A stretch of DNA of 63,584 nt, the filler included, from Octopus bimaculoides (taxonomy: Eukaryota), in NCBI RefSeq assembly GCF_001194135.2. It is 5 parts of 5 records of this genome, joined end to end, with 100 filler letters (N's around TTAATTAATTAA, not from the genome) between each part and the next. Parts side by side here need not be neighbours in the genome. Positions count along the whole stretch, not along the records: positions 1 to 19,825 come from NC_068989.1; positions 19,926 to 32,369 come from NC_069000.1; 3 more parts are not named here. One strand, written 5' to 3'. The translations under genes and the position numbers were made by a program. The notes beneath the pieces are model-generated. The model made no database searches. It was not told where the DNA came from and saw only the letters and a program-made list of their open reading frames with translations. Of this stretch, positions 14,401-27,887 are shown in pieces (positions within the stretch are counted from its first letter, which is position 1; every line of letters starts with the position of its first letter).

Positions 14401-15357
14401 GAATGATGGACAAGGAGAACATGAGAGAAAAGCAAATGAGCATGGGAAAGTGTGTGAATTATTCCAAAGGTATGAGGTAGGTGAAGAAGAAAAGGAAGAG
14501 TGGAGGTATGCAAAGAATGTGTGTCTGTGTAAATGCGAGTGTCAGTGTGAGAAATAGATAGATGGGGGAGGGAGAGGAGGAGGAGGGGAGAAAGAGAGAA
14601 GACGTGTTTGTGATAAATACAAGGAATGTAATTTAGGATATGCGAGAGAAGAATTAGAAAGAGGTGCACATGAGGAAAAGAAACAAGATTGAAAGATAGA
14701 AAGAGAAAAAAAAAGAAGAGAAAATGAAGCTTCAGTTTAGAAAGTATAAGGGAAATACAACATGAAAGCTATGAAGAAGATAACAGAGATAGAGGTAAAA
14801 AAGGTAGAGATTTTGAAGTTTGAGAGAGTGGTACTGAAAAGAGGAAGAAAAAAAAGGAAAAACAGTAACGCGTGAAGATTTGTTGTGGTATGAGAATTGG
14901 ACGAAAAAGAACTGTAAAGATAAAGAAAGAGAGCGGGAGGGGAGACACTCAGAAAGGAATGAAAAGAAAAGGGTAAAAAGCAAACGTGAATAAACTGCGT
15001 TAATTGGTAGCAATAAACGAAACTAAACAGACAAGCCACAGTTGTCTATCTGCAAGAAATAGCGTGGATATTTGAGTAATTGTTGTTCTTGTGGTTCTTA
15101 TGGGTTACTATTTGTCTATGCTTTTGTTTATAATATGTTGTTTCTGTTTTTTTTTTTCCTTGCTTTATATGTTGTCTCATTTGATAAATTACAATTTATT
15201 TTAAAACCACCTCAAATGTTCTCTTTCAAAACAACGCTTCATTCCGCCATTACCCTCTCTGCACTGTCATTACGCCAACACGCTACCTTCCTCTCCGCTG
15301 ACACGATTAAACAACATCATTCGGTGTGTTAAAAACAACAACAACAACATCAACAAT

Positions 15358-15410
<53 letters not shown>

Positions 15411-16504
15411 AACTGTGTCCTGTAAATTACTGAACAATAAAACTTCCTATGATTGCTTATTGTTGTGCCGAAACAAAGAAAGGTCATAAATACTTGCATG
15501 AAGGAAAAATAAATGCAATGTAAATGGGCCAATATATACACACATACAAACATACATACATACATGGATACATATAAGGATACGAATATATGTGTGTGTG
15601 TGTGGTTCATATGCGGTTGTGTGGGAGTTAGTGTCTACGCGTTTATTCATATATAGACGCATATACTTAATAAAAGTTTTGGGCAAATTGCTATTAAAAA
15701 CATGAACTCGAACTAAATGAGTTGAGATCTACTGTTTCTCTTCTGTGTATGTCTATGCGTATGTGTAGGTAATATATATGTATACATTTAAGTATACACG
15801 CGTTTATGGACGTGTATATATATTTACATATATGTGTAAATATAGGTCTATATATAAACATATATGCATCTATATGTATACATATGTGTCTGTATATATA
15901 TATATATATGTGTGTGTGTATATTCATACACACATACATATATATGTATTTGCGTGTATGTGTATACATATACATATATATATATATATATATACATATA
16001 TGTATATATATATATATATATATNNNNNNNNNNNNNNNNNNNNNNNNNNNNNNNNNNNNNNNNNNNNNNNNNNNNNNNNNNNNNNNNNNNNNNNNNNNNN
16101 NNNNNNNNNNNNNNNNNNNNNNNNNNNNNNNNNNNNNNNNNNNNNNNNNNNNNNNNNNNNNNNNNNNNNNNNNNNNNNNNNNNNNNNNNNNNNNNNNNNN
16201 NNNNNNNNNNNNNNNNNNNNNNNNNNNNNNNNNNNNNNNNNNNNNNNNNNNNNNNNNNNNNNNNNNNNNNNNNNNNNNNNNNNNNNNNNNNNNNNNNNNN
16301 NNNNNNNNATTTGCAACAAGGTGGAAAAAAGAGTACTCAAATACCAGAGGACAGTTTTTTTAAACAAAACCGTCCGATGAACGGGAACGTGAAACTCAGA
16401 GTAACAGTATTTTGTTATATTTCTGCTGCTTTTAAATAAAGTATATATATATATATATATATATACAGAGATAGAGAGAGAGAGAAAGAGAGAGAGCGAG
16501 AGAA

Positions 16505-16535
<31 letters not shown>

Positions 16536-16586
16536 TAAATAGATAGATAGATATACATATACATGTGTATATATCTGTGTGTATGA

Positions 16587-16629
<43 letters not shown>

Positions 16630-17329
16630 GGTATACATATAGATGTATATATGTTTATATATAGACCTATATTTGCATATATATGTAAATATATATATAC
16701 ATCCATATATATACACATACATACATATATACATATATATTACCCACACATATGCATATACATACACGTTGTCGCCTTTTAATACGGGTGATAGACTGAG
16801 AAAACTGTTAAGACGTCATACAAAATGACTAGCGAATTTCTAATTGCCATACGTAACATTCTGAATTCAAACTTCGCATAGGTCAAAAGGTTTAATATCT
16901 CTTGTGAGTACACCACAGCGAAATAAAGCAAAGTGCCGCTCAAATAATGGAACTCACTATAATGAAATAACTTTTCCGCATTTTTGCGACCGTTTTGCTC
17001 CTGTTAGATGCCAATGAGAAACATAAACGACCGAGTTTGAATCATATGTCTTCAGGCTTCCTACGAAAAAGTAGAAGAAAGCTACTGATATTTTGCCTGG
17101 GTGTGGAACCCGCCTAGTATAATCCTCAGTATGTCGAACAGAATCCTTAACCAGATTTCTTCCGACTCATTTCTGAGTTCGAAATCTGCCTTGCTCCATT
17201 TTGTATTTCATCCTTTAAGAATCAACGAGATGTGTAAGCTCCTTAGGGGTCGATGTCATCCACGAACCCTTTCGTCCAGATTTTCGGGCCTTTTGCAAAT
17301 AGTAGAAACGATTTTATTATATTTTTCTA

Positions 17330-17667
17330 ATAGTAGAGGTAATGGTAGTAGTAGTAGTGGAGTTGCTGGTAGTCGTAGTAGTAGTAGTACTAGTGGTGGT
17401 GTTAGTAGTAGTAGTAGTGGTGTTAGTGGTGGTGATAGTAGTAGTGGAGGTGGTGGTGCTAGTAGTAATACTATCGGTGGTGGTCGTCGTAATAGTAGTA
17501 CTAGTGATGGTAGTTGTGGTAGTAGTGGTGGGTGGTGATAATATTAGAAGCACTAGTGGTAGTGGTGGTGGTGGTAGTATCAGTAGAACTAGTACTAGTT
17601 GTAGTAATGGTATTTGTCGTAATAATAGTAGTGTTACTAGTAGTAGTAGTAGTTTTAGTAGTAGTTT

Positions 17668-17740
<73 letters not shown>
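17330..17740. repeat. Compound (TAG/TGG)n trinucleotide repeat
   Basis: Degenerate AGT/GGT triplets grading into pure (TAG)n. Confidence 0.95.
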
Positions 17741-17741
<1 letters not shown>

Positions 17742-18044
17742 AACACAGCGACGAAATACTCGGTGGCATTTCTTCTGACTTTTGATTTTCTCATCTCATA
17801 ATCTCCAGCCGGGTTTAACGTTATATTTCGTCTCTCCGGGCTCGATTGTAATAGAGTCATAAATCAATTACTACGACCGATATAATCGATTAAACCCCTC
17901 CAGGTCAATGAGCTTTAAAATGGGTGACCCTACATCGTTCCGCTTCCCAATCTAGCAGGAATGTCATGATCTCTGTAAGCCATGGGGACCGGCTAGCCGG
18001 CCTTATCAGTCCTAGGACTCGCGAAAGTATTGTCTAGGAGTCGT

Positions 18045-18083
18045 TGTTGTTGATGTTATTGTTGTTGCTGCTACTGCTGTTGT

Positions 18084-18117
<34 letters not shown>

Positions 18118-18320
18118 CATCATCATCATCATCATCGTGGTCGAGATGATGACTGTGATGATGACGGTGATGCTGATGTGATGGTGTTACTGATGGTAAT
18201 GATGATGCTACTGCTACCGCTGCTGATGGTGATAATGATGACGATGATAATAATGGTGATTGTGATAATGATGTTACTGCTGCTGCTGCTGATAATGATG
18301 ATGATGATGATGATGATATT
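18045..18320. repeat. Compound (GTT)(GAT)(CAT)(GCT) trinucleotide repeat
   Basis: Direct reading of the triplet arrays. Confidence 0.9.
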
Positions 18321-18351
18321 AGCCTAAGACTGGAAGAAATTATCTTTCTCA

Positions 18352-18738
18352 TTGGTTGGCACTCCGTCGGTTGCGACGACGAGGGTTCCAGTTGATCCGA
18401 TCAGTGGAACAGCCTGCACGTGAAATTAGCGTGCAAGTGGCTGAGCATTCCACAGACACGTGTACCCTTAACGTAGTTCTCGGGGAGATTCAGCGTGACA
18501 CAGAGCGTGACAAGGCTGGTCCTTTGAAATATAGGTACAACAGAAACAGGAAGAAAGAGTGAGAGAAAGTTGTGGTGAAATAGTACAGCAAGGTTCGCCA
18601 CCATCCCCTGCTGGAGCCTCGTAGAACTTTTAGGTGTTTTCGCTCAATAAACACTCACAACGCCCGGTCTGGGAATCGAAACTGCGATCCTGCGACCGCG
18701 AATCCGCTGCCCTAACCACTGGACCATTGCGCCTCCAC
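18352..18738 (-). mobile_element. tRNA-derived SINE family 2b (tRNA-Arg-like head)
   Basis: Minus strand head GGAGGCGCAATGGTCCAGTGGTTAGGGCAGCGGATTCGCGGTCGCAGGATCGCAGTTTCGATTCCCAGACC (A/B boxes, TCG pseudo-anticodon); 3' ~170 bp matches the tail of 12167-12484. Confidence 0.85.
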
Positions 18739-18748
18739 ATCTTTCTCA

Positions 18749-18786
<38 letters not shown>

Positions 18787-19943
18787 AAAAAAGAAAAAGG
18801 AAAAAAATCACTTTTCTTTTAACTTTATTTATTCCCACATATTTTTTTCTTTCTTGCTCCATAATGATGGTACATATGAATGCAGTTCATAGTTTGTCGC
18901 TTTGTGCCACCCTTCCTTCAGGCAAAATGGTGACAAATTATTTCTGTTATCTTTCCTCACATGAACAGCAACGCGTGGTACGTGAACCCGTGCAGCATTA
19001 ATCATAACCTTGAAATGTATAAATTCTACAAAAACTACCGCGTCGTTTTTTTTTTCTCTCTCCCGTTTCTCTTTCCCAAAATAATATTTATTATATTTCA
19101 TGTATTTATTTATATTTATATTTTGCTCTTCGTATTCTTTTATATTCTCTTATATATTTATATCTGCCGCCACAACCCCAGACTCCCCCAACTCTCCACT
19201 AACATCAATTACAAGAATAAACTCATGTCAGCAAGTAGGTCAATATATAATTTATTTAATTTTGCTTCTTTTATTTTTTGTGGGTGAATATATTTCCTTT
19301 TTCCTCCTCTAATCGTGTTCCACATTCATCTCTTTAAAAGAGAACTATTATATTATACAATTTCCAAATACTGACCGTCACTGACTTTGTTTTCTAGAAT
19401 TATAAAAACATAAAGATATAATGATTGGTAAAATGAGCTCTCTATATTTATTATGCGTCGTTTTAAAATTGTTTCTTATACATACATGCATACGCATATG
19501 CCTCTTCACAACGAATAAATGTAGACACACACACGCACTTAAACGCAGGCACAAGTCACGCACAAAGCGACACACGCACAAATATAGAAAGATAAACTGA
19601 CAAAAAGACAGATGTAGATAGAGAGGCAGATAGATAGACAGAGAGAGAGACAGACAGACAGATAGATAGACAGATAGATAGATATCTTTTTATTATAGCC
19701 ACACGGGGCTAAATACAGAAAATGGACAAATTACAATGTAGAGCTTTTCTTTGGGGGGAGGGGGGAATAATTTCGATCAAAATGGATCGCGGAAAAAAAG
19801 GGGGAAGAATTTCGATCAAAATGGANNNNNNNNNNNNNNNNNNNNNNNNNNNNNNNNNNNNNNNNNNNNTTAATTAATTAANNNNNNNNNNNNNNNNNNN
19901 NNNNNNNNNNNNNNNNNNNNNNNNNACACACACACACACACAC

Positions 19944-20067
19944 ATGGCTGTGTGGTAAGAAGCTTGCATCTCAACCACATGGTTCCGGTTTCATTCCGCT
20001 GCATAGAACCTTGTGTGTGCATGCCCCAACATACAAATATGCACGCACAATATTTGTGTGTGTGTGT

Positions 20068-20115
<48 letters not shown>

Positions 20116-20315
20116 TTATGTGTGTCTAAGTTTTCCCTCGCCCTCGGCAACCGATGCTGTGGTGTTTATGTCAACGTAACTAAGCGCTTCGTCGACAGAT
20201 ATTAATAGAATAAGTACTAGGCTTACAAAGAATAAGTACTGACGTCGATTTCTTCGACTAAAAGACGGTGCTCCAGCATGTCCACAGTCAAATGACTGAA
20301 AGAAGTAAAAAGAAT
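19944..20315 (+). mobile_element. SINE family 3 copy (internally deleted 5' half)
   Basis: ATGGCTGTGTGGTAAGAAGCTTGC..AACCACATGGTTCCGG head, (TG)n, then GCAACCGATGCTGTGGTGTTTATGTC..GCTCCAGCATG..CAGTCAAATGACTGAAA. Confidence 0.8.
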
Positions 20316-21310
20316 ATAAATGACGGTCTTCCAGGTCTTCCACAATTTCTTTCAACCAAATTTACTCAGGAGGTATTTGTCGACCTGAGTATTTAGTAAT
20401 ATAGTAAGGTGCCGTATAGTGTGACTGAAACCGAAACCACGTTGATTACAAACCGAGTTTCTTAATCACACAGCCATGCCATTCAATAATATTTGCTCTA
20501 AATATTTTCAGCACTTTTTATCATATTTTGTGATTTAGTTTTGCTGTTCTTTGGGGAATATTTTTCATAGGTTTTATTTTCCCACTGTTCATTTGTAAAC
20601 AAATTGTATCAATAAATATTATATATAATTTTATATAAATCTCATATATATATNNNNNNNNNNGTGTGTGTGTGTGTGTGTGTGTGCATGCCCCAACATA
20701 CAAATATGCACGCACAATTTTATTTTTAGTCTTGAATTTTTTATATACATTTCCCACTTCTATTATTGTTATTTATTTAGCATTGGCAGTCATTATACTC
20801 ACTGGCACGTACCGCTAGAGATATTTCACCGATGCTTATTTTTCAAATTGTTTTCTTTCCCTCATTTGTCTCAATGTTTCTCTCTCTCTTTAGTTCTCGA
20901 TGTATTACCTCAATCTTTTCATTTTTCACGTCTTCCCATTTATGTAACTATTTAACATATTACTATGTTTCTAGATATGTATATATATTTCTCTTTTCAT
21001 CTCTTTTACCGATGCTATGTCCTTCTTTGCTTGTCTGTGTCTGCATCAAAAAATAAAATAATACAACTTTTACTGATGTTTTTTACCCGCTAAATTGTTA
21101 CAGTGTACAAATCCTATAAGAAATTATAATATTTGTACAGATGACTGTGTAGATGTGCATATATATGCATGTATGCAAATAAGTATGTGTGTATGTATAC
21201 AAATACATATATAAATACATATATTCGTATTCAAATGTGCATATGTGTATGTGTATGTGCGTGTATATAGTTAGATAGATATGCATATATACATACACGT
21301 ATTATGTAAG

Positions 21311-21358
<48 letters not shown>

Positions 21359-23002
21359 TACGCACACAAGCACATACACGTACACATAAACGTGTGGGTT
21401 ACAGAATATTACAGAAAGATATATATATTTCAGTTGAACTGAACCCAATACAATAAATATCGTAAATTTTAGTTTAATTTTAAACTATTCAAGCTGTCTC
21501 ACAGAGTTTCCTCTTTTACTGATTTCCATGCAAGAAATAAATAAATCAGCCAATATTATTAGTTTTCGTACAAAATGAAAACCCTCCAAAATTGGAATTT
21601 TTTTGTTTCTTTATTGTGTAACTCTTTTTTTCTTTTTCTTCTCTTTTCTTACTTTTTGCTTTTGTTTTTATGGAGCATACAAGAATATTTTTAAGGCTTT
21701 CCGGCGCTGAACCGTAGTAATTTTTATATATTTCATTGAAAATAATGATTTAGGACGACACAATATATTAGCTCTGAAATGTGAACTAAAATACTTATCA
21801 AATACTATATTCATTTTTTTAAAATCCAATTCAATGATCACAACCATTGAACCGGATCACTAGTTTTGTTATGATTTAGTATCTTCCCAATAATTTGTGT
21901 TGTTTCTTTTATGTGTTAAAGGCCAAATGTACTTCAGTAATTTCAAGCAAAAAGCTTCCAGAGTTCCTGAATGTTTGCTGATGTTGTTGTACCTTATTTT
22001 AAAAGTAATTATCAGTCACACCAGTATAATTCTTTGAAACCGAATTAAAGGCTCATCTTTTATGTCCACAGAAGATGTGCATGAAAACCTCACAATCAAT
22101 CATTGGCACTGTTAACCCTATATATAACTCTATCTACTATGAGTTCCACATTAAAATGATATATTTACTCTCTTACGAAGTTTTTAAAAATCAAAACAAT
22201 CTTATTAAGTAAACAACATGCAATTATCACTGATGAGAACAAAGCTTCTAAAACGGATAGAAGTAATTCGAAAGGGTACTTTGGTATGATGATAGTAACA
22301 CTACCATGTTCACAGAATGTGTGGGTAGCCATCGATATTTTTTATCTAAGGGGATTTTCAACAAAATGTTCATGTTATTCATAGCTTTATCAACTTCGAG
22401 TCTCACCGTTAAAACAATTTATTTCCTATCACTCGAAGTTTCTAAAACCATTTTTATAATGTAAACAATATATAATTCTTGCTGTTAAAAGCTAAGCTTC
22501 TAAAACAACTGTCAATATTTTATTGACTAATTGCTCTTTGAATATATCCACATCTACACCACGTAAATCTCTGAGATTTTTTATGGAAAAATTGTAGTCC
22601 TTTGAACCCTAAGTTGTTAGAGCAAACCAAATGGTAGACGAATAGCAGAGTGATGGACAATCGCATTACATTAATTTATTACATTTAATAATGTATTCGC
22701 TCAAATTTTGACGGTGTCAGCTTGGCCGCTTACATTCCTCTCAGGACATTGAAAAGTGGACTTCACTCCCTTTAAGTCTCTCAGTCTTGTGCGCCCTCAA
22801 GGTCAAGATCTAGACGGACTCCAAGAATTTAATCGAATCTAGGATCAAGAAATAAAATATGATGACCCTATAGACTTTTATTGTGGCGAGTGGACATGAC
22901 CACCGAAATGTATTTATTTGGGACTCTTCTTGCTGTTTGCTCTTGTGTTAAACACTTCGTGTCCCAGTTTGCGATGAATAGTATTCCAGCAACGAAGAAG
23001 GT

Positions 23003-23098
23003 GAAGAAGAAGAAGAAGAAGAAGAAGAAGAAGAAGAAGAAGAAGAAGAAGAAGAAGAAGAAGAAGAAGAAGAAGAAGAAGAAGAAGAAGAAGAAGAA
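23003..23098. repeat. (GAA)n microsatellite, followed by (TAG)n/(GGA)n at ~23115-23160
   Basis: Direct reading. Confidence 0.95.
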
Positions 23099-23717
23099 AT
23101 TAAAAAGAAAAAAATAGTAGTAGTAGTAGTAGTAGGAGGAGGAGGAGGAGGAGGAGAAGGGACACCCCTGTAATCATTCATAACCTTCTGATATTCTGCG
23201 CTGAAAACCAAAAATCAAGAAGAAAACATTAAAAAAAAAAAGTAAGAGGAAAAACAGTGAGATAAAATAAAAGCATTAAAGTATATAAATAAGAATAATT
23301 ATGTGAATATGCTGAGCAGTTCAACAATCTCCTGCTCTGCTCTCTCAATTTATTTATAAACGCTTGGCGCATAAATGCTTACACAAAATGTGCACCGTTC
23401 GTTACATTGCATTATATGCACTAGTGCAGACATCATATGCATTACAGCATGTCATATCTACAGAAAATTTATGCCGGATTTTGAGGTACATAGAAATAGC
23501 AATGATGACTGCAGGGGCAGATATAAAACAATAAAGCATGCTTCGGCAGACACTCACATCAGATATGCGCCATGTAAAGAAACACGCACACAGCAAACAG
23601 TTACATACATACATACGTACGTACGTACATACATACATACATACGTACGTACATACATACATACATACAGTGATACATCAGAGTGCGCGGGAGCGAGGTT
23701 TGTGTGTTTGTGTGTTT

Positions 23718-23763
<46 letters not shown>

Positions 23764-23854
23764 GTGTGTTTGGAGTGAAGCAGAATCGGGTTTGGGAAAA
23801 TAGAAAATGGAAGTTAAAAAATATGAATAATGATAATAACGGTAATGATAATGG

Positions 23855-23901
<47 letters not shown>

Positions 23902-24139
23902 GTTGTTGAAACATTACAATATGAAATTATTAACACATGCATTAATGGTTCCATATTATATATCTGTGTGTGTGTGTGTGTCGTGCGTGTGTGTTTGTGT
24001 CTGTGTGTGTTTGTGTCTGTGTGTGTCTGAGTGTGTACGCGTGTGTGTATATCTATATATACACACACATATACACAGATATATAAATGCATATATATAT
24101 ATATATGTGCGTATGGCCGTGTGTGTGGTCGCTGTGCGA

Positions 24140-24176
<37 letters not shown>

Positions 24177-24778
24177 TATGTGTGTGCATGCATATACGTA
24201 TATACACAGACTTGCGTCTACTGGAAGAATTTTATGAGAAAATATGCTGCCATGTTTTCTCGCTTTTGTGGGGGCATGTATTATTAAGTCTTCCAGCAAA
24301 ATACAATATTAATGTAAACAGAACTGAAGAGCATTATCATATATTTCACACTGATTTGTTTGTTTTCTTTTCCATTTGACTCGGCTTCATGTCAATTTCT
24401 TTGAAATTCTTTCTTCACATTGACAATATCATTCTGAGCCAGATGGAGAGAGTGAACACTCCTACGTATCTCTAAACAAACAAAAAAAAAAAAAAGAGAA
24501 AAAGATGACGTGTTGTTTAACGCTGTTACCTGGCCGGGCATAAGACGTTTTGGTAGAGACATTTTGGCGCTATCTATTCGGCGTGGCTGAATCGACGATG
24601 ACTTATTTGACATCAGACGCTTTAATGTTTCTCTCGTTCTGTTGCTCCCCGTCTCTCTCTTCTCTCCCTCTCTTTTTCTCCCCTCTCTCTGTTTATGTGT
24701 GCAAGCATATTCCTCTATGTGTATGAAGAGAGGGAAAGTGTTTTTGTCAATCCCGTTCAACTAATGGATTGTTATATA

Positions 24779-24848
<70 letters not shown>

Positions 24849-26139
24849 ACTCAGTACGTGTGTATTTCTGAGCGTGCCTTTCTTTGCTTTGAGCGCCACA
24901 GCAGAATTGTACATGCAGATGTCGTAAATCATCAGCGTCACAGCAGCTGCGCCCAAACGCCTCATTCTGCATTTGGTCATAGTATGCGTTTAGCGGATCC
25001 AGTCCGTTACAAGGAATGAGAACATTTTGCTTGTCCTCGTTGCTTCTTAAAGCAGAGACCCATTTGTTGTTCTGTCTTGCCATCCCCACTAAACCGCACC
25101 GACTTCGGTTTAGTCAAGGAAGGAGAACGCTGTCCTATCTTTTCCAAACTAAAACAAACATCAACTTTTAAGAAAGAAATATTGAAATATTGGAACACGA
25201 ACGTTAAGGACATACCTGTCTGTAAAGTGTCCAGCCATTTGCAAGTTAATTTCAGGAGCAGGCTGTTCCGTTGATCAAATCAACTAGAAAATTTGTCGTC
25301 GTAACTGACGAATACCCAAGCTAACTATAAATCAATCTAATACCATTCGGATTGCGGTTTAAGTATGAACTTACAGCACTGTCCATTATAGTGAGCGTAC
25401 ATACTCCGAAGAAGCCTACACTCTGAAAGACAGATGCGGTCAGCCTTAGGTCAGCCTTAGGTCAGCCTTAGGTCAGCCTTAGAGAGATCCGGCAGACTGG
25501 CTTTATTGCAACCACTAACGGCAGGAAGAAAGTACCAATCATATTGGATTAACCTCTCCACTGGATCTATTTGTTTCAGAGCAAAAGCAATGATACTTGG
25601 AAATATAAACCTTCAATGATATTAAAAAAGTTTTATGGTGCAGGTATCTGCAACAGCAATGTAGCTCCTGAGTCTTGAGAGTGACTGTCCTTTTTGCGGC
25701 GGTTGAGGGTTTATTTTATTGTTTACAACGATGAAATAGCTGCGCTTCTATAGTTTTCTCGTTCGTGAACAGGCATAGTAGATTTCGCATAGGTGATAAC
25801 AGTCACAATTCTCCGGCTACCTGCGCAATTCTGTCTTCTATTGTTGTTCTTTATAAAGTATAGTCAGCAAAAGATGCACAAATAAAAGAAATTGTTACAT
25901 CAAATTCCTTTGATAAATATAAACAAGCAAGTCGTGCAAATATGTGTGTGTATATGAGTGTGTGTGTGTGTGTGTGTGTGCGTGTGTGCGTGTGTGTGTG
26001 TGTGCGCGTGTGTGTGCATGTATGTGTGTGTGTGTGTATGTGTGTGATACCATGTTAGATTAAAATGGCCAGCTGTATATTCTATTTCATGTATATACAT
26101 CGCAAAAATCAAATTTACTGCGATATTTGTCCGGACATA

Positions 26140-26352
26140 GTATCTCTTGTGGTCGTCGATATCCTCCACCATCATCACTACAAGAACTGGAAACTGTTTT
26201 AGCTGAAGAATGGACAAAAATTCCTTTGGAAACAATTCAAACTTTGTACCTCGAAGAATTCAAGTTATAATTACTGCGAAAGGTGGTCTTACCCCATATT
26301 AAAATAAATTGTTTGAAATTCTGAGGTGTTTCCATTGTTTTGTCCAACCCTG
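26140..26352 (+). mobile_element. Tc1-like transposon 3' end fragment
   Basis: RYPPPSSLQELETVLAEEWTKIPLETIQTLY/PRRIQVIITAKGGLTPY* (typical Tc1 C-terminus) followed by a TIR-like GGTGTTTCCATTGTTTTGTCCAACCCTG. Confidence 0.8.
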
Positions 26353-27480
26353 TTCTCTATGTGGCTCGTGTGTTCTCGTCTACGTTTGTTTGCAATGTCC
26401 TGTACCCAGATATGCACCTATACATACAGGTGGATGTCGGTATGCACATACCTGTACGTATATATGCATATACTCATTTACTTTTGTTTTTACATGATTG
26501 AACGCAGCGTCTCACAAAAATTGTAAGTAGTTTTCGTAAACTTATCCTCCGACGCTACTCTATCTCTTTCTCTTTCTCTTTCCTTACACCCCCCTCTCGT
26601 TCTTCCTCTGTACTACTACGTATCTCGCCTTACCCCTCTTGTTCTTCCTCTGTTACTACTACGTATCTCCTTTTCCCCCTCNNNNNNNNNNNNNNNNNNN
26701 NNNNNNNNNNNNNNNNNNNNNNNNNNNNNNNNNNNNNNNNNNNNNNNNNNNNNNNNNNNNNNNNNNNNNNNNNNNNNNNNNNNNNNNNNNNNNNNNNNNN
26801 NNNNNNNNNNNNNNNNNNNNNNNNNNNNNNNNNNNNNNNNNNNNNNNNNNNNNNNNNNNNNNNNNNNNNNNNNNNNNNNNNNNNNNNNNNNNNNNNNNNN
26901 NNNNNNNNNNNNNNNNNNNNNNNNNNNNNNNNNNNNNNNNNNNNNNNNNNNNNNNNNNNNNNNNNNNNNNNNNNNNNNNNNNNNNNNNNNNNNNNNNNNN
27001 NNNNNNNNNNNNNNNNNNNNNNNNNNNNNNNNNNNNNNNNNNNNNNNNNNNNNNNNNNNNNNNNNNNNNNNNNNNNNNNNNNNNNNNNNNNNNNNNNNNN
27101 NNNNNNNNNNNNNNNNNNNNNNNNNNNNNNNNNNNNNNNNNNNNNNNNNNNNNNNNNNNNNNNNNNNNNNNNNNNNNNNNNNNNNNNNNNNNNNNNNNNN
27201 NNNNNNNNNNNNNNNNNNNNNNNNNNNNNNNNNNNNNNNNNNNNNNNNNNNNNNNNNNNNNNNNNNNNNNNNNNNNNNNNNNNNNNNNNNNNNNNNNNNN
27301 NNNNNNNNNNNNNNNNNNNNNNNNNNNNNNNNNNNNNNNNNNNNNNNNNNNNNNNNNNNNNNNNNNNNNNNNNNNNNNNNNNNNNNNNNNNNNNNNNNNN
27401 NNNNNNNNNNNNNNNNNNNGTATTTATTGTGTTTCTATGCATGTGTACACGTATATGTGCACACACGCGCGCACACACGC

Positions 27481-27550
<70 letters not shown>

Positions 27551-27851
27551 TCTTTTATTCATTTACTTGTTTCTGTCATTTGACTGTGGTAATACTGTAA
27601 TACTTCTTTTAGTCGAACAAACCGACCCCAGTTACACCGAAGTCGGTGTAACCCAAGTACTTATTCGATCGGTATCTTTTGCCGAACCGCCAGGTTACGG
27701 GACATAAACACAGCATCATCGGTTGTCAAGCGATGGTGGAAGACAAACACGGACACACAAACATATACACACACATACACACATACACACGCACACACGC
27801 ACACACACACGCAAACACGCACACACACACACACGCACATACACACACACA

Positions 27852-27887
<36 letters not shown>

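Noticed and set aside
17975-18050. CCGGCTAGCCGG hairpin with CTGATAAG on the minus strand
   Set aside because: No GAAA or stem III follows; insufficient for a ribozyme call.
19870-19881. TTAATTAATTAA islands inside N-runs (also 32414-32425, 49611-49622, 62459-62470)
   Set aside because: The identical 12-mer has stops in all six frames and is always embedded in Ns, so it is an artificial scaffolding linker.
25438-25482. GGTCAGCCTTA x4 (11-bp tandem, contains CCTTAG/TTAGG)
   Set aside because: Simple slippage minisatellite; not a telomeric (TTAGGG)n array and not CRISPR (no spacers).
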